DNA of 64,000 bases from a bacterium (GTDB taxonomy: Bacteria > Electryoneota > RPQS01 > DYHQ01), in contig JAUXGA010000003.1 in assembly GCA_030622545.1 (NCBI GenBank), positions 86,748-150,747 of the forward strand, written 5' to 3'. Below are positions 18,718 through 28,180 of the stretch, piece after piece. Every line of letters begins with the position of its first letter. Position 1 is the first letter of the stretch. The translations under genes and the position numbers were made by a program. The notes under the pieces were generated by a model. That model searched no databases and was not told the DNA's origin. It was given only the letters and a program-made list of their open reading frames with translations.

Positions 18718-19479
18718 TTAGTTCCCGTTCAGGAAATGCCTCGATACCTGTCTGTTCCACGTCTCCGCGCGAAATGACTCCTGCCGTGTGAAGACATCAG
18801 TGAACGCATTATACAGGGCCCACTGATTATCTCCGTCCAGTGCCATGAACACATCGGCAGTGTACGTCTTGGGCAGCTTCAATTCACGGAAGGTGTTCTG
18901 GATGTCGGCTCTGTCGATGGGGATGTCCACTATCCTCTTCAGGCATGTGACTAATCCCAGCATCTTGTTAGACAGTTCTCTGATAGTGATGGCTGCTTGG
19001 GATAGCTCCTCAGTGAAGCCCTCGTTTCCGTAGTGCTTGAAACGGAAGCCCCCTAAGCGGAAGTCAACGACCATACCATTCGTGCAGATAAGTCTTTGCG
19101 CATTGAAGGCCAGTCCGAATGTCGTGCTGCCGTCATAGCTGTTAAATACGTCCACGGCTATCTGGACGATGTCGTCCTTCTGGGGTTCGAAGTTGATCTC
19201 CGGTAGAAGCCATCTTTGACGGTATCTCTTTCCATCGAACAGGTGTTTGGCTGACTGGTACTCATGGCCGGTTTTCTCCAGCACTTCTGTGGCGATCTCA
19301 CAAACGGTGTGGTTCTCGACCAGCTGATAGTCACCAGACACGATACCGACCTCTCTGTTCTCACAGTAGGGGTCAAGGATCACGGCATAACGCGAAGATT
19401 GCGCTCCGTTCTCAGTAAATAGGGGAACCTTTTTCACGGCGGCAAAGGGATCCAGGGGTTCAGTTGTTTTCTGTGACAT
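18718..19479 (-). CDS. Hypothetical phage/ICE protein, DUF932-like
   Basis: 253 aa. The central region VFNSYDGSTTFGLAFNAQRLICTNGMVV resembles the DUF932 signature. Recalled from memory, not searched. Confidence 0.45.
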   Translation of the reverse strand: MSQKTTEPLDPFAAVKKVPLFTENGAQSSRYAVILDPYCENREVGIVSGDYQLVENHTVCEIATEVLEKTGHEYQSAKHLFDGKRYRQRWLLPEINFEPQKDDIVQIAVDVFNSYDGSTTFGLAFNAQRLICTNGMVVDFRLGGFRFKHYGNEGFTEELSQAAITIRELSNKMLGLVTCLKRIVDIPIDRADIQNTFRELKLPKTYTADVFMALDGDNQWALYNAFTDVFTRQESFRAETWNRQVSRHFLNGN

Positions 19480-19568
19480 GATAGTTTCCTTTCTGGGTTA
19501 ATGGCATAAAAAAAGCCTCGACTTTCTTATGAAGCCGGGGCCTTACGATACGATAATTCTTGTTACTC

Positions 19569-20228
19569 TCATGCAGGTACATCCTCCAGGATTGTCAGTA
19601 GCTCGTCTGCCTCGTGTGTGGTCAGTGCGTACAGGGATTTCGAAAAGCGATTGCGGATCTTCTTGATTAGTTGGTTCTGGGGGATACCTTTTTGCTTGGC
19701 CACCTGGAAGATCTTGCTCATTTGGGCGTTGGTGACTCGGTGGGATTGCTCTTCGGGTTCTGCTTCCTCCTCTGGCTGTGGATTAGCTGATTCCTTGCCT
19801 CCGTTTCCGTTCGGCTTGATTTCCAGCCCGTACAGGTGCAGTCCCACACCGAACTGCGTGGCGCACTTCTTCAGGCAATCTGATGCTGCTCCTTTCAGGT
19901 CGTCTCCGATGCTCACAGGTTGGTTGTCCTGCTTGCCTCGTGTGATCGAAGATGAACCGAATTGCTGGTGTGTGATTCCGTGGGAAGATAATTCTCCAAG
20001 GACGATGACCTCGTCCTCAAGGATCAGGTGCTCGACGATGCGGAATGACCAGTATCCTTCCATCGCTTGGTTCAGGCGTTCGATGACGTAATGGGATCCG
20101 ACATAGTCCAGCATTTTGCCAAATCTGCCCTTACGTTGTTGGATTCTCTCCTCTTCGAATGGCTTGGTTAGCGCCTCAAGATTAAGGCGGCCATTACCGG
20201 TGCCGGTGGTTGTCTCGGTGGTTTCCAT
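19569..20228 (-). CDS. Rad52/Rad22-family single-strand annealing protein (phage Sak-like recombinase)
   Basis: The motif DDLKGAASDCLKKCATQFGVGLHLYG parallels Rad52 [23 protein letters not shown]. It is adjacent to the Cas4-like exonuclease, a two-gene recombination module. It has an acidic C-terminal tail. Confidence 0.6.
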   Translation of the reverse strand: METTETTTGTGNGRLNLEALTKPFEEERIQQRKGRFGKMLDYVGSHYVIERLNQAMEGYWSFRIVEHLILEDEVIVLGELSSHGITHQQFGSSSITRGKQDNQPVSIGDDLKGAASDCLKKCATQFGVGLHLYGLEIKPNGNGGKESANPQPEEEAEPEEQSHRVTNAQMSKIFQVAKQKGIPQNQLIKKIRNRFSKSLYALTTHEADELLTILEDVPA

Positions 20229-20271
20229 GATGAATTCCTTTCTTGTTGGTTAATGGTTTGAATTGTGAATG

Positions 20272-20306
20272 TGAAAAGCCCCCGCTGGAAACAGACCAGG
20301 GGGGCT
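20272..20306 (-). terminator. Hairpin terminator immediately upstream of the Rad52-like gene
   Basis: GCCCCCCUGG…CCAGCGGGGGC stem followed by a U-run on the minus strand. Confidence 0.55.
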
Positions 20307-20847
20307 CGGAACGTTTTGGATTAAGCCGGCAAACCCAAGAATAGGGTTCTGGAAATATTTCCCGAATTTTGCTCTCTATAAAGGCATCTCTATTTGTCTC
20401 GATAGGACTAGGTGGTAGTGAAAAATATGTGTGGATTTCCGGTGGAAGAAGCGGATTGGCTGCTTCTGGACATCAGATTCAGTTGGATACGCGCAAAATC
20501 ACGCCGAATTTACCACGTACACGTGCTTTAACAGTAGAAACTGATCTGACGTAAGTGGCTGTTTTTGGAAGGGGTAAGACTATGTCAGGTACTGGGCAAA
20601 TGGAAGGCAGGATGCCCCCGTAACATCTGCTGCTTTCGGATGAATGAAGCTGGGGGGACATCCCCTTGCGGGGTGGTGGTGATAGCAGGAAGGGATCTGG
20701 TATCAGTGATATGGCCTCTGCGGACTGTGATGGGGCTGGCACCTGTTACAGGCAGCTGTCGGCGGATACCACGCTGGGGACAGGTGACAGGGCCTTCCGG
20801 CCGGGGACTGCTCTTTCCTGTGGTGTGTTTGTCTGCTTCAGGGTCCG

Positions 20848-20896
20848 GCACCTTTGTCAAAGTAAAGATTTCTCTATAATATATTTTGGAAGATTC
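20848..20896. promoter_or_regulatory. Perfect 11-bp inverted repeat with a promoter-like TTGTCA…TATAAT core
   Basis: CAAAGTAAAGA(T)TTCTCTATAATATATTTTGGAAGA(T)TCTTTACTTTG. This is the most conspicuous element inside the 760-bp non-coding stretch at 20229-20989. Confidence 0.4.
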
Positions 20897-20989
20897 TTTA
20901 CTTTGGGGCTGACACAAGACCAAGACAAGCACCACAGGGGGTCTCAAGGGGCTTCCGGCGGCGCCAGCCGCGTGAATCCCAGTACTTGG

Positions 20990-23900
20990 CTACTTCATTT
21001 GCCCCATCCGGATGAAGTTCCTTGTGTCTGTTCCCAAGTCCATTTGCCTCATCCACCACTGTGTATATAGCACATCAAGCACTGGTGTCAGGCGCTGCTT
21101 GTCCTTGATACCTGCTGCCTGCCGAATGTCCGCCTTGGGCACCTTATAGACTTCGGGATTTGCAAAGGCTTCGATCAATACCCCGACCAATCTCCTGCTG
21201 CTATCAGGTGCGCTAAGCACCGATGGCCACTCTTCCGGTTCTATCCCTTTCAGTGCTTCCTTCAGCCGCCGTTTGAATTCCTTGTCCCTATTGCCCATGT
21301 ACACCGTCACGGGGCCGTTGATTCCATATTCCCTTAATTGCGTCCGGTATATCTGCTGTACCACGTCCACCAGCCAGGACTGCTGCCGGTAATGTTCTGC
21401 ATGGCCATTCAGGAACCTGCGCACTTTATCAGGGCCTGATTCAGCGTCAGCTTTATCGACAACTTCCCTTCCGTACAGGACTGCTGCCTGGGCCAGGTAC
21501 TGATCTTCATGATAGCGCAAATTCCCCACGAAGAACATCACCGTAGCTTTGCGGAAGTCATTGGATCCGGGGGTTTGACCATAGTGTTTTATCTGGCACC
21601 TTGCCTTTACTTCATCGGATAGGTGGGCTTCGATCTTATTTTCCCATTCTTTGAAAGTCAGGACGAAAGCTTCTTCATCAGGGTGAACGTAGGTCATCAG
21701 GCGGTCAATTTCTTGGGCGAATAGCTTCAGTTTTGCATCATCATTGTCGCCAAGGGACGTCTGGGACATGCTTCTGTTTTCGTCTAACCGAATTATCAGC
21801 TTATCGATATTCCTTGGCTGGTAGGATCCCAGGAAGCGAACATCAGGCCGGTTATCCAGAAGCACGTCGTAGTGGACATTGGCCAGTGCGGTTCCATCCA
21901 GGATGGTGGTCTTCACACCCACAGGCAAGTCCCGTGTCCTGTAACCGTAACTGATATGCAAGCCTTTGGCGTCCCTTCTGTAAGTTCCGCCTTCTTTGAT
22001 TATCCCCAGACTTAGCCGTAGAATATCACTATCATCATCCACGACGCTATGCACGGCACTAACATAGCCATCACTGACCTTAAAGCCTGGATCAATGGGT
22101 GGAATGAAGCCTTGCCCTGGTTCATCTTCAGGTACACGCAACTGTTCTAATTGTTTCCGCAGCGTATCAAACATACGCAGATGAAGCAATTCATGCGGCC
22201 GTTTCCTTTGTTCTTTGCGCAGGCGGTTCATGAACTGGACGAAGCTATTGTAGCTAACGGTATTCACCTTGATGAACTGGGGCACTTCATCAATGATGAT
22301 TTCGCGTCGGGGATGTCGATGTCCACTGGAATCTTGCCAGTACATGAAATCTTCCATATCCTGCATGGCCAAACGCGCATGGGTAATGGCCAAAATAGGA
22401 CTGTTGCGCTGGCGTTCCTTGTTATATTTCACGCGGCAGTTATAATTCTGGCACATAGCGCACTGCGAAGGTTTATATTTTTCGAATCCCCTGCCTTCAT
22501 AGTGTTCACAGTTTTTGCATTCCGGAAAAGTTCCATCGCCATTGGGACTTCGGTCACAGTTAACGTAGCAGAAAGCCGTGCAGATTTTCTTAGCATGGCC
22601 CAGCATGGGATAAACGGTTCTTCCGCTAACATTACGTTCCCCCGGCACGAAACGGTCAGCTTCATCGGCCAAATCTTTTGCATCATCCTGTAAAGGCAAA
22701 ACGACGATAGCGCCATAATACCGGTCCAGGCGGCGAAGTCCCTCAAGATAGGTGCGGTAGATAGAGGTCTTGAAATTCCCTGGCGCTGCTGGTACAATGG
22801 CAATATCATCAAGGTTGCGACACAGAGCCTTGACAACGGCTGTCCAGTCAGCTTGGTAGTTGGATTCAACGGACTTGTAGCGGTTTTCGAGCCTGTCGCG
22901 TATTACTCGATACACTTCACCTAATATGCGGACTGAATTCGCATCGAGGTTTGCGTAGAATCTTTCTTCTGAACGCCTGCATTCCTTCAATTCCTTGTAG
23001 AGCCACTTCGCCCTGAGCAATCCCCATTGAATAGTGGGTGGCAATCCGTTTGGGGGATTCCATCCTGCTGCTTCAATCAGTTGTTCAAAATTGTAATCCC
23101 TATCGTCACAGGAAAAGCAATGGGATTGGCCAGTCCTTAGATTAATCGACCAACTGGGATTCCGGTCATCGTGAAAAGGACAGCTGGCATTAAGTTCATC
23201 GCGACTGCGTTGTGCATTTTCGACTTTATCCCGAAGATATTCTTCAATATCGACACCATATTCAGATATGATGGAGCCAGCGATTGCCTGGTTGCCATCT
23301 TCACTGCTGATGGCTAAGCGTGCCAGTTGCCGTCTGGTACGGGATTCTTGTGGTTCTGTGCACTGCAATGATTCATGGACGTCGGCGACAAATTGCTTTA
23401 ATTCATCGCATAGCCCTGGACTTCGCTGATCTTCAGGCTGCCGGTCTTCTTTCGCCCATTCTGCAAATATGGATAGATCGTTCTGCCACAGTTCTTCAAA
23501 CGACAATGGAATCTTGTACAAACCGGTCTTGAAATGTCGGACATGTGGTGGCACAATGGCCGATGCGCCCATTCTATAAATCTTCATATCAGGAACAACA
23601 CCAGCCATGCCAGCAATGCGCTGCGCACTTTCCCCAATATCAGTCATTGTGTACGGGCTACGGGGATGTGCAAAAACATGATGCGGCATGTAAATATGGA
23701 ATCCACTGCTGCCAGTGAAATAGATCTGAATCTGGGAGTCCTGTAGATGAAAGCGCTTGATCAGAGAATCAACCAACTGCCGCGCATCACCCACAGTATC
23801 CTGTGAATCAATATCAAAAACCATATCAATATCGCTTGGGCCATCTTCCTGTTGCCAGTAATCCTGAATCGACCAAACCGCGCCGATTCTTTGATCGGGA

Positions 23901-24046
23901 TCGCACGGGATTTCCTTAACGGCTTCGTGGGCTTCGGGCAAGGGAAGAAATTGTGGTCCCTGCCGTCTAATGGCCCAGACCTTCTTGTAATATGTGATAG
24001 GATTTTCCATTAAAGGGTGCCGCCGCGCATATTTATTACCAGACAA
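20990..24046 (-). CDS. Replication protein: PrimPol (AEP) primase-polymerase + DnaG-type CHC2 zinc finger + Cys-rich cluster + helicase-like C-terminal region
   Basis: AEP motifs DIDMVFDID and FTGSSGFHIY. CHC2 finger CPFHDDRNPSWSI…CFSC. Cys-rich segment CTAFCYVNCDR…CKNCEHY…CAMCQNYNC. Walker-B-like IIIDEV. 1018 aa. Confidence 0.75.
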   Translation of the reverse strand: MSGNKYARRHPLMENPITYYKKVWAIRRQGPQFLPLPEAHEAVKEIPCDPDQRIGAVWSIQDYWQQEDGPSDIDMVFDIDSQDTVGDARQLVDSLIKRFHLQDSQIQIYFTGSSGFHIYMPHHVFAHPRSPYTMTDIGESAQRIAGMAGVVPDMKIYRMGASAIVPPHVRHFKTGLYKIPLSFEELWQNDLSIFAEWAKEDRQPEDQRSPGLCDELKQFVADVHESLQCTEPQESRTRRQLARLAISSEDGNQAIAGSIISEYGVDIEEYLRDKVENAQRSRDELNASCPFHDDRNPSWSINLRTGQSHCFSCDDRDYNFEQLIEAAGWNPPNGLPPTIQWGLLRAKWLYKELKECRRSEERFYANLDANSVRILGEVYRVIRDRLENRYKSVESNYQADWTAVVKALCRNLDDIAIVPAAPGNFKTSIYRTYLEGLRRLDRYYGAIVVLPLQDDAKDLADEADRFVPGERNVSGRTVYPMLGHAKKICTAFCYVNCDRSPNGDGTFPECKNCEHYEGRGFEKYKPSQCAMCQNYNCRVKYNKERQRNSPILAITHARLAMQDMEDFMYWQDSSGHRHPRREIIIDEVPQFIKVNTVSYNSFVQFMNRLRKEQRKRPHELLHLRMFDTLRKQLEQLRVPEDEPGQGFIPPIDPGFKVSDGYVSAVHSVVDDDSDILRLSLGIIKEGGTYRRDAKGLHISYGYRTRDLPVGVKTTILDGTALANVHYDVLLDNRPDVRFLGSYQPRNIDKLIIRLDENRSMSQTSLGDNDDAKLKLFAQEIDRLMTYVHPDEEAFVLTFKEWENKIEAHLSDEVKARCQIKHYGQTPGSNDFRKATVMFFVGNLRYHEDQYLAQAAVLYGREVVDKADAESGPDKVRRFLNGHAEHYRQQSWLVDVVQQIYRTQLREYGINGPVTVYMGNRDKEFKRRLKEALKGIEPEEWPSVLSAPDSSRRLVGVLIEAFANPEVYKVPKADIRQAAGIKDKQRLTPVLDVLYTQWWMRQMDLGTDTRNFIRMGQMK

Positions 24047-24210
24047 ATCACCTTAATTTAGACAAATATTGTGGTGGATGCAATAGGGATAGATTAGCTT
24101 CCGCTTCATGCCAATCAGTTACACGGAGTAGATACAATGCAAAGGCGGTACTTTATTCTACCGCCTTTGCTGTATGTGATGTGGAGGTAAGTTCGGGGGG
24201 GGGGTGAAGG

Positions 24211-24756
24211 CTACTTCACCAGCAGGAGCTTGCGGACTTTGGTGAAGCTTCCCGCATCCATCCTACACAAATAAATGCCTGAAGGAAGGCCCCGTGCATT
24301 CCATGTGGCAGCATACGAACCTGCCGCCAGTTTTCCATCTACCAGGATTGCTACTTCCCTTCCCACCACATCATAAATCTTCAGGGAAACAAAACCGGTT
24401 TCCGCAACGTCATATGAAATCGTGGTTATCGGATTGAAAGGATTGGGATAATTCTGGTAGAGAGCATACTGTACTGGAACCGATGGCCTTCCCGGAGTAG
24501 CCTGAGCGGTCAGTTCATATTCATGAACAGTGCCGTTGATGTCGTGTGATATGAGGCGATATGTGTAAGTTACACCGTTGATAACATCGCTATCAACATA
24601 CTGGTAATTCGAGCCAGTTACTTCATTGGTGCCTTGGACTGTTCCGACGGTAATCCAATCACTGTTTGCCTGTCGCTGTATTTCAAAGTAGTCGTTATCT
24701 TTTTCACTGGCGGTAGTCCAAGTCAGAGTCACCTGTCCATCACCTGCGATTAGCAT
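24211..24756 (-). pseudogene. Orphan fragment: Fn3-like domain plus a T9SS C-terminal sorting domain with no signal peptide
   Basis: It starts directly with AGDGQVTLTWTTASEKDNDYF, the same module that begins the conserved C-terminus of genes 30826-32685 and 44290-46332. It has no N-terminal export signal and sits next to the IS5-family element. Confidence 0.5.
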
Positions 24757-24871
24757 GAAGATGAGGATGAAGAGGAGAATTGTTCACTCCTGCTAGTTTG
24801 ATCGCTGGGAGATCTTTTTGTAACAAAGGCGCTGACGGAAAACAATCACATGCACCTATTTCAGGAGACTA

Positions 24872-25741
24872 GAGCATATCTCAAAAACATTTGCTTGTTA
24901 ACTTAGGGTGTCGTATCTTGACGGCCTCTCTCTTTTTGGAGGTTATCAAGATGGATTTAACTGAAGAACAGTGGGCGTTGATTGCCTCGTTAGTGGCTGA
25001 TCGGCCTCGAATTAAGCGACGCAAGGTGGATAGGCGGGGACGGCCCCGCGTTCCGGCGCGCCCGATCTTGAACGGGATCTTATGGATCCTAAGGACAGGG
25101 GCTCCTTGGCATGACTTACCCGACCGCTACCCGTCTTACCAAACCTGTCACCGCCGCTTTCAACAGTGGTCGCGCGATGGCACTTTTGAAAGCGTGTTGC
25201 GCGCCTTGGCCCAGGATCTATGGGAACGGGGTGAGTTAGACTTGTCCGAATCCTTCATCGACGGTACGTTCGTACCGGCGAAAAAAGGGGGCGGCAGGTG
25301 GGTCCCACCCGTCGGGGTAAAGGCACGAAGATCATGGCCGTGGCAGACGGCGCTGGTTTTCCTCTCGCCGTGTGCACAGCGAGTGCTTCCCCGAATGAAG
25401 TGACGCTGGTCGATCAGACCTTGCAGGCCCGCTTCATCGAGGAGTTACCCTGTCGGATGATCGGGGACAAGGCTTATGACAGCGATCCGCTGGATGCTCA
25501 TCTCCTGCACGACTACGGCATCGAAATGATCTCCCCCAATCGCGCCTCACGCACGCGAAAGACCCAGGATGGTCGCCCCCTGCGACGCTATCGAAGGCGT
25601 TGGAAGGTTGAACGGTTGTTTGCCTGGTTGGGGCAGTTCCGCCGCATTGCCACGCGCTACGACCACTTCGTCGAAAACTACATCGGCTTCCTGCACCTCG
25701 GATGTATGATCATTCTCCTACGATGTTTTTAAGATACGCTC
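24872..25741 (+). mobile_element. IS5-family (IS427/IS1031-like) insertion sequence
   Basis: Terminal inverted repeats GAGCATATCTCAAAAACAT / ATGTTTTTAAGATACGCTC, flanked by TA within a CTAG context. Two overlapping transposase ORFs. Confidence 0.75.
24891..25732 (+). CDS. IS5-family transposase, orfA+orfB joined by a programmed -1 frameshift
   Basis: OrfA is 24891-25403 and orfB is 25298-25732. The A7G slippery run GGCGAAAAAAGGGGG lies at about 25279-25293 in the overlap. OrfB carries a DDE region. Confidence 0.75.
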
Positions 25742-25747
25742 TAGCCA

Positions 25748-26543
25748 CAGCGGTGGAAAGTGGTGGCCCTGGATCTTGTGGTGGACCGCTCACCGGATAC
25801 CCAAGCGAGAGATTCAGAACCTCAGCACCTTGGGTTCCCGACCAGGCAATGCCGTCGGCGATCGCTTGTGTGGTTCCGCTCCCCTCATCGTCGAGAACGC
25901 GAATCGGCATGAAGGTACATAGAGGAGCAACGCCGGCAACACCCACAGAGTTGTTCGTTGCCGCAAGGATGGTTCCGGCCACATGCGCGCCGTGCGAGTC
26001 ATCGACAGTGGTTGAAGGGTCCGTATCGCCGCCAACGAAATCGTAAGGATGAACAGTCTGGACGCCCGTCCAGTCCTCATGGTCAAAGTAAAAACCCATG
26101 TCGGCTACCGCTACGACGACACTTGCGCTGCCGAGTGTGATGTCCCAGGCCTGGGGCATGTTAATTCTCGGGTAGTGCCACTGGTACCCGTAATAGGTGT
26201 CATTGGGAGTATAAGCGGCGTGTGCGATATAGTTGAAGTTGGCCCATAAAACACCATCCTGTCCACGGAGAAAACTGATCGCTTCTTCAACATCAGTACC
26301 AGAGAGGTCAATGCGGTAGAAGTCGAGCAGCGCGCTGTGGTAGGAGAGTTCGCCGTCCACTTGGGCGGCAATCGCAGTGATATCCGCCGTTTTAATGGTC
26401 GGCGCGAATTTAACGAGCACCTGACCGGGAACAAATTCATAGAAAGGTTCCCCTGTCTTCAGTAAGGGCAAGGGTTTGGTCGCGAACACTGGCGTGAGAC
26501 CAAGTAGCACGACCATAAGGGTGGCAAGAGTCCTGTGCATCAC
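25748..26543 (-). pseudogene. S8 subtilisin-like peptidase, N-terminal part only, truncated at the IS5 right end
   Basis: Signal peptide, propeptide-like region, catalytic Asp (VVAVADMG), His (HGAHVAGT) and Asn region (NLSLG). The reading frame then runs into the IS inverted repeat. The Ser (GTSMxxP) region is absent. Confidence 0.65.
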
Positions 26544-27047
26544 TGCACCTCAATAATTTTAAACGAAAATACCGAGTTGCTATCGAGCAAACTGGATGCC
26601 ACTAGAACTCATTATTGAATATCAGGAATAATGTGCATGGGGTCAGTTGTGATACGGATTTGCAAGTTGAATTAATGTGGATCTTAGATAGGATCTGAGT
26701 GACCGGTTTCGGCGCCAATACTCTGGCGATGGATTCCCGGACTGCGGGTCAGAATCGCTTTGGAACGCTTGTGACAGGATCCACAGGGAAAATGTTTCCA
26801 TGGGTCAGATGCATCTTTCGTGCTTCCCTGCATGGCAGGTAGTCTCCTGCTGAAGCGACGCATTGCAATCTCATGGATGGTGGATCAGGATGCTGAAAAT
26901 GCATTTTAGCAAATGTTTCTAAAACTGTGCAATTCAACAGATGCTGTTTAACCGTAGCCCCAATGCGCTGGCATACTAAAGATGAAGTTTGGGCTACCCG
27001 AAACGATCACGCTGCCGTCCCTGCGATACACCTTCGCATCCCATCTA

Positions 27048-28180
27048 GTGCCGTTTCCGATAAGGTAATCCCGTTGAGTCGGAACGGGCAGGTTGTGCGT
27101 AGAAGGAGTAGGGTTCCAAATCTAAAAGGAGGTTGGATGTCTACTCCGGTCAAGCTTCGACCGATTAGCGATACCGAAGGTCAGGCATTAGTGCGGACCG
27201 TTCGGCGCTCGCCAGACCCGGTTGCTCAACGCCGTGCCACCTGTGTGTTGGCGGCGGCCACAGGGATGAAGGTGCCGCAGATTGCGCGTAACCAGTTGAT
27301 TGATGAGACCTTAGTGCGGCGCATTCTGCATGCGTTTAATGCCCAAGGTCTGGCTTCACTGGGCAACCGCTATGGCAAAGGTCGCCCGCGCAAGTTTGAT
27401 GACCACACGCGCCGGAAGATTGTCGATACCGTCTGTACTCCACCGTATCAACTGAAGCTCCCTTTCAGCGTCTGGTCGCTGCCCAAGTTGCGGGACTATC
27501 TGATCCAGAAGCGGATGGTGTCCTCCATCGCCATCGAGACGCTCCGGCGGCTGCTACGCGAGGAAGGAGTCAGTTTACAGCGCACCAAGACCTGGAAGCA
27601 GTCCACCGATCCTGACTACGCCGCTAAAAAAAAGCGGTCGAGCAGTGTTACAAAGCCGCGGAAGCGGGCCGCTGGACGGTAATCTGCTTCGATGAGTTCG
27701 GGCCGTTGGAAATTCGTCCGCATCCCGGTGTGGACTGGGCCCGTCATGGTCAGGTGCGACGATTACCGGCGACCTACAAACGTCCACACGGCACGCGGTA
27801 TTTATTGGCTGCGTATGATGTGCAGACCCAGGCGTTGTGGGGTTCTATCTACCAACGGTAGACGTGGAACGAGGTGCTCGACTTCCTGAAAGCGGTGCGT
27901 CGGCGTTATCCTGACGATAGGTGGTTACACGTGGTTCTCGACAATCGAAGCAGTCACAAAAAGCAAGAGGTGCGACAGTGGTGCGCGGCCAACCGCGTGC
28001 GGCTGGTCTTCCAGCCGACTTACAGTTCATGGCTGAACCGGATTGAATGCCAGTTCACCGCGCTCAAAAAGTTCGCGCTGAGCGGTCGCTATTTCAAAGA
28101 TCACGACGAACAGAATGCGGCGATCCGTGCCTACTTAAACTACCACCGAAAATCGAGATAACCTTTCGAGAAACGGCACT
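27048..28180 (+). mobile_element. IS630-family insertion sequence with a TA target duplication
   Basis: 29-bp terminal inverted repeats (GTGCCGTTTCCGATAAGGTAATCCCG / CGAGATAACCTTTCGAGAAACGGCAC) flanked by TA on both sides. Confidence 0.75.
27136..28161 (+). pseudogene. IS630-family transposase (HTH + DDE_3) with a frameshift at an A-run and an in-frame TAG
   Basis: Starts MSTPVKL with the RBS AAAGGAGG. Frame change at the A8 run GCTAAAAAAAAGCGG (27614-27628). Stop TAG at about 27858 (…IYQR*TWNEV…). The DDE region VVLDN…SH…QPTYSSWLN is in the last segment. Confidence 0.65.

Noticed and set aside
20369-21070. Several 60-134-aa ORFs on both strands in the 20.2-21.0 kb gap (20369-20554, 20479-20742, 20565-20879, 20585-20947, 20666-21070)
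   Set aside because: Low-complexity, Pro/Gly/Arg-rich translations with no RBS or recognisable motifs, mutually overlapping. The region is treated as non-coding.
24757-24871. Considered a simple IS-split S8 peptidase in which 24211-24756 would be the direct continuation of 25748-26543
   Set aside because: After in-silico IS removal the frames coincide, but two stop codons intervene. About 150 aa, including the catalytic Ser region, is missing. It is therefore reported as a truncated gene plus an orphan fragment.
26927-27682. 251-aa ORF 26927-27682 as a single gene
   Set aside because: Its first 70 codons run through the interrupted Xis-like gene and the IS630 left inverted repeat in a different frame. 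The real transposase start is the internal MSTPVKL (27136), which has a canonical RBS.
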